The notes beneath the pieces were generated by a model, which was not told the DNA's origin, ran no database searches, and was given only the letters and a program-made list of their open reading frames with translations. Position numbers and translations under genes: made by a program. From Alphaproteobacteria bacterium (lineage in GTDB: Bacteria > Pseudomonadota > Alphaproteobacteria > JAEUKQ01), in contig JAEUKQ010000001.1 of assembly GCA_016794225.1 (NCBI GenBank), positions 70,391 through 134,390 of the forward strand: a DNA stretch of 64,000 bases, written 5' to 3'. This document shows, piece after piece, positions 42,064 to 51,703 of the stretch (position 1 is the first letter of the stretch; each line of letters opens with the position of its first letter).

Positions 42064-43143
42064 ATGAGCAAGCAAATATCGCCACAGCAAACAATCAAGG
42101 GACGCGGGTCGCTAAGCAATAAAAGCGGGCGATTTGAAATTTTATCTTACGAATCACAACCAGATGCATGGGCAAGTAACAGTGATTTCTTGGCTTCACC
42201 TAATGTTGCTACAACCCTATATAACGATAGCAGCCGTTCGGCAATAACCTATAATGATTCGCCTGATATCCCCTTTGACCGATCAATTAACCCATACCGG
42301 GGTTGTGAGCACGGTTGCATATATTGCTACGCACGCCCAAGTCATGCCTGGTTGGGATTATCGCCTGGTATCGATTTTGAAAGTAAAATTTTCGCTAAAT
42401 CTTCTGCAGCAAGTTTGTTAACTAAAGAATTATCGAGCAAAAATTATAAGGTTCAACCAATCGCATTAGGTTCAAATACAGACCCTTATCAACCTGTCGA
42501 ACGCACCCAACAAATTACCCGACAGATTTTATCTGTGTTACTTAGATTTCGCCATCCGGTAACTATTGTTACTAAATCAACTCTTATCTTGCGTGATGTT
42601 GATTTGTTAGAAGCACTGGCAACCCAAAACCTGGTTAAGGTTTTTATTTCTTTGGGTACACTTAATGCGCAGCTTGCGCGGATGCTTGAGCCGCGAGCAC
42701 CACAGCCAAGAAAAAGGTTGCAAGCCATTTTGAATTTGGTGAAACAAAAAATTCCAACCGGTGTTTTGATTGCGCCAATAATACCTGGTCTTAATGATTA
42801 CGAATTGGAAGAAATTATTCAAACGGTGGCAGGTACAGGTATAACAAACATACGTTATAACCTGCTGCGCTTACCTTATGAGCTTGGCGAATTATTTGAA
42901 GAATGGCTGCAAAAACATTATCCAAATAGAAAAAATAAAATTTTATCCTTGATTCGTCAAAGCCGCGACGGCAAGCTGAACGACAGTGCTTATTCGCAGC
43001 GAATGATTGGACAGGGAAATTATGCACATCTAATTCAACAGCGCTTTCGGCTTATATGTCAGCGGTTGGGCGTTAATAGAACGTTTTTCAAATTGCGTAC
43101 CGACCTTTTTGAACAACCGCAACAACAACTTTCTTTATTGTAA
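42064..43143 (+). CDS. radical SAM protein, PA0069/Rv2578c (SplB-like 'DNA repair photolyase') family
   Basis: 359 aa. CEHGCIYC (Cx3Cx2C) cluster motif. Family members are about 350 aa with an N-terminal unstructured lead. Confidence 0.7.
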   Translation: MSKQISPQQTIKGRGSLSNKSGRFEILSYESQPDAWASNSDFLASPNVATTLYNDSSRSAITYNDSPDIPFDRSINPYRGCEHGCIYCYARPSHAWLGLSPGIDFESKIFAKSSAASLLTKELSSKNYKVQPIALGSNTDPYQPVERTQQITRQILSVLLRFRHPVTIVTKSTLILRDVDLLEALATQNLVKVFISLGTLNAQLARMLEPRAPQPRKRLQAILNLVKQKIPTGVLIAPIIPGLNDYELEEIIQTVAGTGITNIRYNLLRLPYELGELFEEWLQKHYPNRKNKILSLIRQSRDGKLNDSAYSQRMIGQGNYAHLIQQRFRLICQRLGVNRTFFKLRTDLFEQPQQQLSLL

Positions 43144-43171
43144 CCTTTTTTGAAAAACAAGTTCGTTAGAA

Positions 43172-43783
43172 ATGCCTAATTTTGCCATTGAAACAAAGCT
43201 GTCTGGCTCTGTTGCTGGAATTGATGAAGCAGGCCGTGGTCCATGGGCAGGGCCTGTTGTTGCAGCGGCCGTTATATTTCCAGATAAAAAAGTTAGTGAT
43301 TTTTTGCTCAAGGAATTAGATGATTCTAAAAAGCTGTCTTCTAAAAAACGACAAATACTTTACCCCATGATTCATGAACAAGGATTGGTGGGAATTGGCT
43401 TAGCAACCGTTGCAGAGATAGACAAGTTTAATATTCTGCGCGCCACAATGCTTGCCATGCAGCGCGCAGTTGCAGATATTTCTGAGCAGCCACAGAATCT
43501 GATCATTGATGGCAATCAAGTATTTAATACAGGGATTCCAGCCTATCCCATAATTAAAGGGGATAGTTTAAGTTATAGTATAGCGGCAGCTTCGATAGTG
43601 GCCAAGGTACGGCGTGACTGCTTGATGCAGGAATTATCGGCTGATTTTCCAGTGTACCAATGGCACAAAAATGTCGGATATGGAACCGCCGAACATCAAA
43701 AAGCACTTGGTAAATACGGGGTTTCACCTCATCACCGCCGTTCTTTTAGACCTATTCGTGATTTCTTGGAACATCTGCCCTAA
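43172..43783 (+). CDS. rnhB: ribonuclease HII
   Basis: 203 aa. N-terminal GIDEAGRGP motif with D/E catalytic residues. Confidence 0.85.
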   Translation: MPNFAIETKLSGSVAGIDEAGRGPWAGPVVAAAVIFPDKKVSDFLLKELDDSKKLSSKKRQILYPMIHEQGLVGIGLATVAEIDKFNILRATMLAMQRAVADISEQPQNLIIDGNQVFNTGIPAYPIIKGDSLSYSIAAASIVAKVRRDCLMQELSADFPVYQWHKNVGYGTAEHQKALGKYGVSPHHRRSFRPIRDFLEHLP

Positions 43784-43876
43784 TAAGTTTAAAGGTAGAT
43801 ATAGGTTAGCTGCCATTAAGCCAAAGTTTATAATGAACCACCGCTATGGTGCTATTATCTCCTTCATTTACTACAC

Positions 43877-44962
43877 CTACTCCAAAAGCGTTTGATTGAC
43901 TATTTTAATTACTTTTTTCATCAGGGTTGGAAAAGCCTGTTGATTAAAGTATTGCGGTAAGCACCAAAATTCCTGATTAAGGGTAGTGATATGCTGATCT
44001 TTGATATTTGCCGATACCACCTGCAATTCAAGATCAAAATGTGTAAAACGGTGCCGAATAGAGCCTGGAATATGGTGCCAATTTAATTTAACAGGGGCAT
44101 AGTCAAAAATTTCATGATGTTGGACCCATGCTTCTGTACGCCATGGGGTGGATGGTATTTCAATCATTCCAGCAAGCAGACCTTTTAACGGCCGGCGACG
44201 CAGTAAAACTGCTTTACTTTCCTGTTGCTGCAACCAAAAAACCACCCCATACTTTTTGGGAATTGCGGACTTTGCTATTTTAATTGGATATGCTTCCACC
44301 ATACCATGTTGCCGCGCCTGACACACTTGCGATAATGGACAATCTAAACACGTCGGTTGTCTAGGTGTACAGATCATTGCACCTAAATCCATCAAAGCCT
44401 GAACAAAATCTCCTGGTCTTTTGGTGGGGACTAGATCATTCATTATTGTACGTGCATCTTGCCTTAATTTGGGTGGAGACACCGTAAGTGCAAATAATCG
44501 CGCCACAACACGTTCAATGTTTGTGTCAACAACTGATGCTGGCTGCTGAAAAGCTATGGCTGCAATTGCTGATGCGCTATATGGACCGATACCTGGCAAC
44601 CCTTCTAAAGCATCAACTGTTGTTGGAAACTGTCCTTGATATGATTGAACAACCTTGACCGCACAGGCATGAAGATTGCGGGCCCTGGCATAATAACCAA
44701 GCCCCTGCCAAGCATGCAGAACCTGATCAAGAGTTGCGCCAGCAAGATCGTGAACCGTTGGCCACCGATTAATAAATGTCTCAAAATATTTTTTAACTGT
44801 TGCAACGGTAGTTTGTTGTAACATCATTTCACTAAGCCAAACATGATAGGGATCTGGATTATTTAATACACGCCATGGCAAAGCACGGCCATAGCGGTAA
44901 AACCACGGCAACAACAGACTGGCTATATCAATTCGGTAAGAATGGTGATATAATTTAGGCAT
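43877..44962 (-). CDS. mutY: A/G-specific adenine DNA glycosylase
   Basis: 361 aa. HhH-GPD motif. 4Fe-4S Cys ligands (C..C..C..C in CTPRQPTCLDCPLSQVC). C-terminal NUDIX-like domain. Confidence 0.85.
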   Translation of the reverse strand: MPKLYHHSYRIDIASLLLPWFYRYGRALPWRVLNNPDPYHVWLSEMMLQQTTVATVKKYFETFINRWPTVHDLAGATLDQVLHAWQGLGYYARARNLHACAVKVVQSYQGQFPTTVDALEGLPGIGPYSASAIAAIAFQQPASVVDTNIERVVARLFALTVSPPKLRQDARTIMNDLVPTKRPGDFVQALMDLGAMICTPRQPTCLDCPLSQVCQARQHGMVEAYPIKIAKSAIPKKYGVVFWLQQQESKAVLLRRRPLKGLLAGMIEIPSTPWRTEAWVQHHEIFDYAPVKLNWHHIPGSIRHRFTHFDLELQVVSANIKDQHITTLNQEFWCLPQYFNQQAFPTLMKKVIKIVNQTLLE

Positions 44963-45030
44963 ATGATGGTTATAGTCAGAATTTTTAACAAATCTATAGT
45001 AAATTTTCTAGTCTGGTGGATGGGTAATTC

Positions 45031-45501
45031 GTGCAAATATCGGCCAAAAATCTAAAGCAGTTAATGCGCCAAGTTTTAAAACCGGTTTTAGAGAAACGTG
45101 GGTTTAGCGAGCGTCGCCTGCTGCAAAATTGGGCTGAAATTGCCGGCCCGGATTTCTCCAGTCGTTGCACCCCGCTTAAATTATCATATCCTGGACCAGA
45201 AAATAAAAATGGCCAATTACATTTGGGGGCTTTCCACGCCCATAATACAGAGTTACTTCATCAAACACCGCAATTGCTTGAGCGTGTAAATCGTTTTTTA
45301 GGCTATGAAGCGGTTACTTCAATCCGGTTACATCCTTTAAAATCACTAGATTCAATCGTACATCAACAAAAATTAACCCCAACCACATCCGGCGAATTAC
45401 CAAAGCATGTTGAACAGTTTTTAAACGATCAAATAAGTGACCCCAAATTACGCGAAAACCTAAAGACCCTTGGCCAATATATTCGTAGCGAACAATCGTA
45501 A
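45031..45501 (+). CDS. DUF721 (DciA-like) domain protein
   Basis: 156 aa. Divergent from mutY, as in many Alphaproteobacteria. DUF721-like core (WAEIAGPDF..). Confidence 0.5.
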   Translation: MQISAKNLKQLMRQVLKPVLEKRGFSERRLLQNWAEIAGPDFSSRCTPLKLSYPGPENKNGQLHLGAFHAHNTELLHQTPQLLERVNRFLGYEAVTSIRLHPLKSLDSIVHQQKLTPTTSGELPKHVEQFLNDQISDPKLRENLKTLGQYIRSEQS

Positions 45502-45600
45502 TATTTTATAAATATTAAGGATTGATACAAAAGCCGTAACTCTGCTATACTGACATTAGTTGAATATGCAATAAATTATTTATTACACCTGGAGAACAAC

Positions 45601-46272
45601 GTGAGAATCAATTTCTGGAATCGTTTGGGAAGCCTGAAAAACCAGCTGTTGGCCGTTTTATCGTTCGCTATATTAATCGCTTCAGGGCAAGCTTATAGCC
45701 AGGACAAATGGTCGGCCGAGCCCATAACTCTACCTAATGCCCCCGATGCCGGTTTTTATAAAGATGATTACTATATTGGGAATTTAGATGCACGGGTGGT
45801 TATAATCGAATACGCATCACTCACTTGTCCACATTGCGCTAATTTTCATGTCAATTTCTTACCGTCCTTGAAAAAAGATTTTGTTGATACTGGTAAGGTT
45901 TTATTTGTTTTTCGCGACTTTCCGCTTGACGAATACGCATTTCAAGCAACCATGATTGCCCAATGCGCACCGCGCGACAGTTATTTTGCAATACTTGATC
46001 AGCTGTTTACCAATCAACAAACATGGGTTCGTGCTGAAAATATATCTGACGCTCTTGATGGTTTTGCAAAAAATATCGGTATAGACTCGGAAAAACTAAC
46101 TTCCTGTTATGCAGACGAAAAGATTATAGACCGTACCGTATATTTATATACAGAAGCTTATAATAAGTATGGAGTACGCGGAACACCCAGCCTGGTAATT
46201 AATGGCCAGTTAAAATCAGGTTTTCGTACGTATGAAGAGCTGCAAGGTTTTTTAAACACTCTTCTTAAATAA
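45601..46272 (+). CDS. DsbA-family thiol:disulfide oxidoreductase
   Basis: 223 aa. Signal peptide. CPHC active site in a thioredoxin fold. GTG start. Confidence 0.75.
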   Translation: MRINFWNRLGSLKNQLLAVLSFAILIASGQAYSQDKWSAEPITLPNAPDAGFYKDDYYIGNLDARVVIIEYASLTCPHCANFHVNFLPSLKKDFVDTGKVLFVFRDFPLDEYAFQATMIAQCAPRDSYFAILDQLFTNQQTWVRAENISDALDGFAKNIGIDSEKLTSCYADEKIIDRTVYLYTEAYNKYGVRGTPSLVINGQLKSGFRTYEELQGFLNTLLK

Positions 46273-46301
46273 GAATTTTTTGTTTTGGTAAAAAATGCTT
46301 T

Positions 46302-46333
46302 AAAAATAGCGCTGAATTGGCGCTATTTTTTTT
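46302..46333 (+). terminator. rho-independent terminator after dsbA
   Basis: aaaaatagcgc-tgaattg-gcgctattttttttt: 10-bp stem followed by a T-run. Confidence 0.7.
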
Positions 46334-46436
46334 AGCCTGCCACACAACATTAGCAAACTTTAACCACGTTATTATATTCAAATTTTGTGGATAACAGGGT
46401 TGACATCAACCTTCTTTAACCGTATTTTTCCTGCGG

Positions 46437-46802
46437 TTGTGTTTTAACAATGTTACTGTAGTTTTGAAATGGTGTGTGTCTTTGTCCTCTGAGCTCGAGA
46501 AATTTGATCAGCAAATGTCTGCACTGCAAAAGAAGGCTTTTCCTGATCAAAATATCACCAAAGAGGGCGAACAACTTCGGCAAAAATCGGCACGCCAATT
46601 CAGCTTGGCTATTCGGATTGCCGTTGAAATGATTGCGGCACTAGCGGGTAGCGCTGTCTTGGGTTGGTTTATTGACCGGTGGAGTGGGACAAAACCTATT
46701 TTTTTGGTTATTTTTTGTATATTAGGAATTGGTGTGGCAATCTTAAATATTGTCAAAATCATTCGGCGGGTACAAAGTGAGTTAAACGACAAACCTGAAT
46801 AA
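46437..46802 (+). CDS. atpI: ATP synthase protein I (AtpI/AtpZ family)
   Basis: Small 2-TM protein directly upstream of atpB. The start may be the internal ATG at 46515. Confidence 0.6.
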   Translation: MCFNNVTVVLKWCVSLSSELEKFDQQMSALQKKAFPDQNITKEGEQLRQKSARQFSLAIRIAVEMIAALAGSAVLGWFIDRWSGTKPIFLVIFCILGIGVAILNIVKIIRRVQSELNDKPE

Positions 46803-46856
46803 CAACAAATGTTTGGATCAGGTAAATAGATTGATATTAGGTTAGGGAATATAACA

Positions 46857-47609
46857 ATGGCAACCGGCAGTGATCATGGCCATAGTCCGCTTGAACAATT
46901 TAAGATTAACCGTGTTATTGATCTTAAGATTGGCGATTTTGATATATCGCTGACAAACTCAGCCATATGGATGATGGTGGCTATTACCCTGGCTAGTGTA
47001 TTTATTGCTGGTGGCGTTGCACGCAAATCCATTATTCCTGGTCGATGGCAGGCTTTTGTTGAAATGGCATATGAATTTATTGCTAACCTGCTGCGTGACA
47101 ACGTTGGCAGGGAAGGATTGCGCTTCTTTCCACTTGTATTCAGCCTGTTTTTGTTTATCCTGTTTTGCAATTTAAGTGGCATGTTGCCATTTTCCTTTAC
47201 ACCGACCAGCCATATTATTGTTACTTTTGCCTTGGCTTTTGCCGTGTTCATTGGTGTAACAATTATTGGAATTATACGTCACGGTTTTCATTTTTTCTCT
47301 CTATTCGTACCGGCTGGTTTGCCAGGGTGGCTTTTGCCATTGATAATTCCTATTGAAGTTCTATCCTACATGACACGTCCTGTTAGTTTGTCTTTACGTC
47401 TTTTTGTGAATATGATGGCTGGCCATACAATGCTTAAGCTTATTGCGGGCTTTGTTATTGGGCTTGGAGTACTTGGTGGATGGGCGCCACTTCTGTTCCT
47501 AACTGCCCTTACAGGTCTTGAAATTTTAATTGCTTTTTTACAGGCTTATGTTTTTACAGTTTTGACTTGCATTTATCTTAATGATGCAATTAATTTGCAT
47601 CACGAATAA
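46857..47609 (+). CDS. atpB: F0F1 ATP synthase subunit a
   Basis: 250 aa. Conserved Arg-containing helix (LSLRLFVNMMAGH). Confidence 0.9.
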   Translation: MATGSDHGHSPLEQFKINRVIDLKIGDFDISLTNSAIWMMVAITLASVFIAGGVARKSIIPGRWQAFVEMAYEFIANLLRDNVGREGLRFFPLVFSLFLFILFCNLSGMLPFSFTPTSHIIVTFALAFAVFIGVTIIGIIRHGFHFFSLFVPAGLPGWLLPLIIPIEVLSYMTRPVSLSLRLFVNMMAGHTMLKLIAGFVIGLGVLGGWAPLLFLTALTGLEILIAFLQAYVFTVLTCIYLNDAINLHHE

Positions 47610-47669
47610 ATCAGGTTGTTTTGTTGGTTGGTTAAATGTTGTTTTTAAAATTTTATTAAAGAAAGGAAT

Positions 47670-47903
47670 ATGATAATGGATCCGTTAGCCGCAAAATATC
47701 TTGCTGTGGGTATAGCCACCTTAGCACTTTGGGGTATTGGTATTGGGTTAGGTAATTTATTTTCAAGCTATTTATCCGGTGCTTTACGTAACCCCTCTGC
47801 TGCGCCAAAAGTTTTTGGTGCTCTGATGATTAGCTTTGCTCTAACCGAAGCTTTGGCATTGTTTGCCTTGTTGATTGCCCTGTTGTTGCTTTTTGCAGTT
47901 TAA
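47670..47903 (+). CDS. atpE: F0F1 ATP synthase subunit c
   Basis: 77 aa. Two TM helices with the conserved Glu in the ALTEA motif. Confidence 0.9.
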   Translation: MIMDPLAAKYLAVGIATLALWGIGIGLGNLFSSYLSGALRNPSAAPKVFGALMISFALTEALALFALLIALLLLFAV

Positions 47904-47929
47904 TAGGCGCCCCAAGAATTCAATGGCTT

Positions 47930-47960
47930 AACCCCGCACGTCTTGTCGATAAGCGGGGTT
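47930..47960 (+). other. stable GC hairpin between atpE and atpF' (aaccccgc...gcggggtt)
   Basis: 8-bp perfect stem with a 15-nt loop and no downstream T-run. The atpF' SD sequence (AGGAG) follows at 47971. Confidence 0.5.
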
Positions 47961-47984
47961 AGCTTTCGTAGGAGTTGTCAATAA

Positions 47985-48476
47985 ATGCCACAGCTAGAAG
48001 TAGCCGATTTTCTGCCCCAGATTTTCTGGCTGTTTGTTATTTTTATCTTATTTTACTCGATCATGGCTTATGGTTTGCTGCCAAAAATGTCAAAAACGCT
48101 TGACAAGCGTCAGCAATTAATTGAAACACAGCTGCAAGAAGCCCAGATAATGCGGGATAAAGCCGAAAAACTGCAAAAGCATTACCAGCAGTCTTTGGCA
48201 CAAGCGCGCCAGACAGCTCAGGAACAGCTGCAACAAACTGCGCTGCAACTCAAGCAGCAATTGACCGAACGAGAACATCAGGTTAATCAGCGCTTGGCTA
48301 AGATTTTGCAAGAATCAGAGGCAGGACTTGCTAGGTTGAAAGCTCAATTACAGGCTGATGCACGGTCCTTGGTACCTGAAGTTGTTCAAGGAATTATGCA
48401 CCGCTTAACCGGCTTATCGGTTGGCACGCAGGACGTAATCGGCTATCTCAATCAGACAGACAGCAAAGGCTTTTAG
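47985..48476 (+). CDS. atpF2: F0F1 ATP synthase subunit b'
   Basis: 163 aa. Single N-terminal TM helix followed by a long coiled coil. Having two b-type subunits is the alphaproteobacterial/photosynthetic arrangement. Confidence 0.8.
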   Translation: MPQLEVADFLPQIFWLFVIFILFYSIMAYGLLPKMSKTLDKRQQLIETQLQEAQIMRDKAEKLQKHYQQSLAQARQTAQEQLQQTALQLKQQLTEREHQVNQRLAKILQESEAGLARLKAQLQADARSLVPEVVQGIMHRLTGLSVGTQDVIGYLNQTDSKGF

Positions 48477-48477
48477 C

Positions 48478-48969
48478 ATGGATATTTTCTTAAATCCTAC
48501 CTTATGGGTTGGTGTTGCGTTTGTTTTATTTGTTGTTCTGGTTGGTAGAAACCTCTACAAAATGGTTGGATCTATGCTGGATCAACGGATAGCACGTGTG
48601 AAATCGACAATTTCCGAGGCCGAGAATCTTCGTCAGCAGGCTGAAAAAATTTTAAAGGAATATCAGGAAAAATTTGGACAAGCCGAGTACGAAGCACGTG
48701 AAATGGTTTTGCGTGCCCAGGCCGAGGCAGAACTTTTAAAAGAGCAATCGTTTAAAAATTTGGAATTAACCCTCGAGCGTCGCCAACGCGATGCTATTGC
48801 CAAAATGGAACAAGCCCAACAGCAATTGTTACAACAAACAAAAACAGAAATTGCACATATGGCTACACATGCTGTTTATGCTCTATTATCAGAAAAAATG
48901 ACTGCTAAGCTTGACGAACAACTTTTTGAACATTCTTTAGAAGAAGTACAATCGCAAATTAAGGTTTGA
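48478..48969 (+). CDS. atpF: F0F1 ATP synthase subunit b
   Basis: 163 aa. N-terminal TM helix followed by a coiled coil. Confidence 0.8.
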   Translation: MDIFLNPTLWVGVAFVLFVVLVGRNLYKMVGSMLDQRIARVKSTISEAENLRQQAEKILKEYQEKFGQAEYEAREMVLRAQAEAELLKEQSFKNLELTLERRQRDAIAKMEQAQQQLLQQTKTEIAHMATHAVYALLSEKMTAKLDEQLFEHSLEEVQSQIKV

Positions 48970-49783
48970 TGTTGTTAGTTTGTATACCTTGCTTTGGGAC
49001 ATTTTTTAGCCATTCATGCATGTGGTAGGCTATTATTCTTTGCCGTAGGGCAGTTGGAATTACGCCAGCTATCCTGACCGATAGTCGATTGGTAATACCG
49101 TTAATATAATAGCTTCGTCGCCCAAGATATTTTACTGCCTCCCTTACCACTTTATCCGGGTCTGCTGCCCGGTCTAAAAGCTTTTTAGGCATACGTGCTT
49201 TATCAATGAAGGGTGTTTTCACTAACCCAGGACATAAAGCTAAAAAATCAATTGGTTTGTTACGGTATTCCCCCTGTAAAGCTATTGTCAACGCATATAG
49301 ATAGCTTTTGCTGGCGGCATATACTGCAAAATAGGGCATGGGGAAAAAAGCTGCCATGCTGGCAACCATAATTACCCCTGCTCGTTCGTTTACCGTGGCG
49401 CGCTTATTCATACCTGGCAGCACAGCGTATAGCAAATCTGTTGCGGCTGTTATATTAACGTCTAACATTTCAAGTGTTTGATGTTGTGATATATGTGTAA
49501 AATTATCTAAATAACCCAAACCCGCATTATTAATAAATAAATCAACAGCATGCTGGTTGGCAATTTTCGCTACCTCTTTTCTATCAGTTGGATTTTGTAG
49601 ATCGGCAATAACAGGAACGATATGCGCACTAGAAGAACTTAGCTGCTTTGCCAAATCATTCAGTTTTTCCTGATTCCGACCCGTTATAATCAAGGTTCTT
49701 TGGGATTTTGCCAACGCTTTGGCAAATGAACGCCCAATACCGCTATTAGCACCTGTTATTAATATGGATTTGTACGATTTCAT
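48959..49783 (-). CDS. SDR family oxidoreductase
   Basis: 274 aa. TGANSGIG Rossmann motif and YxxxK catalytic motif. The 3' end overlaps atpF by 11 nt (convergent). Confidence 0.75.
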   Translation of the reverse strand: MKSYKSILITGANSGIGRSFAKALAKSQRTLIITGRNQEKLNDLAKQLSSSSAHIVPVIADLQNPTDRKEVAKIANQHAVDLFINNAGLGYLDNFTHISQHQTLEMLDVNITAATDLLYAVLPGMNKRATVNERAGVIMVASMAAFFPMPYFAVYAASKSYLYALTIALQGEYRNKPIDFLALCPGLVKTPFIDKARMPKKLLDRAADPDKVVREAVKYLGRRSYYINGITNRLSVRIAGVIPTALRQRIIAYHMHEWLKNVPKQGIQTNNIKP

Positions 49784-49883
49784 TTTTTATTCTTGGCAAA
49801 AATTTTATTAACAATCATCCTTAATTACTTTATAATATTATAAAAATTTATATCAATATTTCCTTATTAATCGGATCACGCTT

Positions 49884-51092
49884 ATGCCCCAGATGCAGCA
49901 ATTAAAAGATATTAAAAACCTGTCCCATAAAACGGTTATTGTCCGCGCTGATTTCAATGTCCCCTTGGATAAAGGAATGGTTACCGATGCAACCCGTATC
50001 AATCGCGGTTCAGCCACAATTCAGTACTTGTTGCAACAAAAAGCCAAGGTTGTGATCATTTCTCATCTGGGCAGACCGGATGGTCAACCTAACCCAGCTT
50101 ATTCGTTGCAGCACGTAATACCAAGCCTAAAAAAAAGCCTACATGGTCATGATGTATTTTTTGTGGACGATTGTGTTGGCACGAAAGTGGAAGAAAAAGT
50201 TAAGGGATTGAAAAATGGCCAGGTTCTATTACTTGAAAATCTACGTTTTTATGCTGCAGAGGAAAAGAACGATCCCCTTTTCGCACAAAAACTTGCTTTG
50301 TTGGGTGATATTTATGTTAATGACGCCTTTTCCTGTGCGCACCGCGCGCATGCTTCCATCGATAGAATCACTCAATTGCTACCAAGTGTAGCAGGATTGT
50401 TACTATCTGAAGAAATCAACGCCTTAGAGCAAATTTTGCATAATCCTAAACGCCCATTAATGGCTATTGTTGGTGGGGCAAAAATATCAAGCAAACTTTT
50501 GTTATTACAAAATTTGCTGTCCAAAGTTGATTACCTAGTAGTTGGGGGGGCGATGGCAAATACCTTCCTGCTTGGCCAAGGGTATAAAATTGGTAAGTCA
50601 TTGGTTGAACCCACCATGGTAGCAACAGCCTTAGACGTTATAAAGTTAGCTGCAAATACCCGCAAAACCTTGCTTTTGCCAGTCGATGCAGTCCTTGCCA
50701 AAGCACTCGTTCCCCATACACCAACACGTATCTCTGCTGTAACCGATATCAACTCTGATGAAATGATTTTGGATATAGGCCCTAAAACAATCGATTTAAT
50801 TATTAAAACAATCCGTCTTAGCAAAAATGTTGTGTGGAATGGACCACTTGGGGCTTTTGAAACGAAACCTTTTGACCGAGGAACAATAACGGTTGCCCAA
50901 GCCATAGCTGATGCAACTAAACAAGGTACTTTAACAAGCGTTGCCGGCGGGGGGGATACGGTATCTGCTCTTGTAGGTGCTGATGTTGAGGACAAATTCT
51001 CTTATGTTTCCAGTGCTGGAGGGGCATTCTTAGAATGGCTGGAAGGCAAAGAGTTGCCTGGTATTATAGCCTTAAAGAATTCTAGAAAATAA
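49884..51092 (+). CDS. pgk: phosphoglycerate kinase
   Basis: 402 aa. PGK signature motifs (RADFNVP, GGGDT). Confidence 0.9.
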   Translation: MPQMQQLKDIKNLSHKTVIVRADFNVPLDKGMVTDATRINRGSATIQYLLQQKAKVVIISHLGRPDGQPNPAYSLQHVIPSLKKSLHGHDVFFVDDCVGTKVEEKVKGLKNGQVLLLENLRFYAAEEKNDPLFAQKLALLGDIYVNDAFSCAHRAHASIDRITQLLPSVAGLLLSEEINALEQILHNPKRPLMAIVGGAKISSKLLLLQNLLSKVDYLVVGGAMANTFLLGQGYKIGKSLVEPTMVATALDVIKLAANTRKTLLLPVDAVLAKALVPHTPTRISAVTDINSDEMILDIGPKTIDLIIKTIRLSKNVVWNGPLGAFETKPFDRGTITVAQAIADATKQGTLTSVAGGGDTVSALVGADVEDKFSYVSSAGGAFLEWLEGKELPGIIALKNSRK

Positions 51093-51114
51093 ATATAAGA
51101 TTTGTGGCGGTTGG

Positions 51115-51702
51115 CTAAATAATTCTAGCCAACAATGCCCCAGCTAACGAAGTAATAAATAGACCAATAAACCCATCAAGAAAGAGGAATATCAAAGGCA
51201 TTATACCCCCAAGTTTTAAGCCAAAACGAACAATATTCCACTCAGTCACCACTGTTATCAATACAATTAAAAGATTTGCGGTCATAAAAAAATATTCGTG
51301 CATGTCAATATTCGATGCGCCGTATAATAATAATGCAACCAGCAAAATTTGAACGCCCTTCAGGTAATTATACATAATGATGTAAGTTGAATAATATTGC
51401 TGCCGGTGCCAATAACCGATTAGCCGTTCGACAACAACCGGGTACGCACACCAATAAATAACATACGAAGATATCTGAATAATAATAAAGGCAATAAGAT
51501 TACCTGTTGAACCTACCGCTGCAATTTGCAGTTTGTACATTGTATAGAAATAAATTGGGAAAAGCCACACAGCTAGCCAAAATGATTGACGCAGCTTTAT
51601 GATACTATTCGAGAAATAAAAAATGCCATTGGCTTTTCCCCGTAAAATTAACCATAACCCTTTTAAATACTGAAGCACGCTTTCCCCTTTCGTGATAACC
51701 AC
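51115..51702 (-). CDS. polytopic membrane protein, unknown function (Tyr/Ile-rich)
   Basis: 195 aa. 5-6 predicted TM helices. Starts 2 nt after the stop of the upstream HAD gene, so probably co-transcribed with it. Confidence 0.45.
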   Translation of the reverse strand: MVITKGESVLQYLKGLWLILRGKANGIFYFSNSIIKLRQSFWLAVWLFPIYFYTMYKLQIAAVGSTGNLIAFIIIQISSYVIYWCAYPVVVERLIGYWHRQQYYSTYIIMYNYLKGVQILLVALLLYGASNIDMHEYFFMTANLLIVLITVVTEWNIVRFGLKLGGIMPLIFLFLDGFIGLFITSLAGALLARII

Positions 51703-51703
51703 A

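Noticed and set aside
38236-43143. UDG plus radical SAM as the known TIGR03914/TIGR03916 'UDG-domain protein with linked radical SAM' pair
   Set aside because: The two genes are not adjacent; Slt and a kinase intervene. The UDG N-terminal extension is short and low-complexity rather than a TIGR03915-like domain. The rSAM has the PA0069/SplB-like CEHGCIYC context. The proximity is more simply explained as a loose repair-gene neighbourhood.
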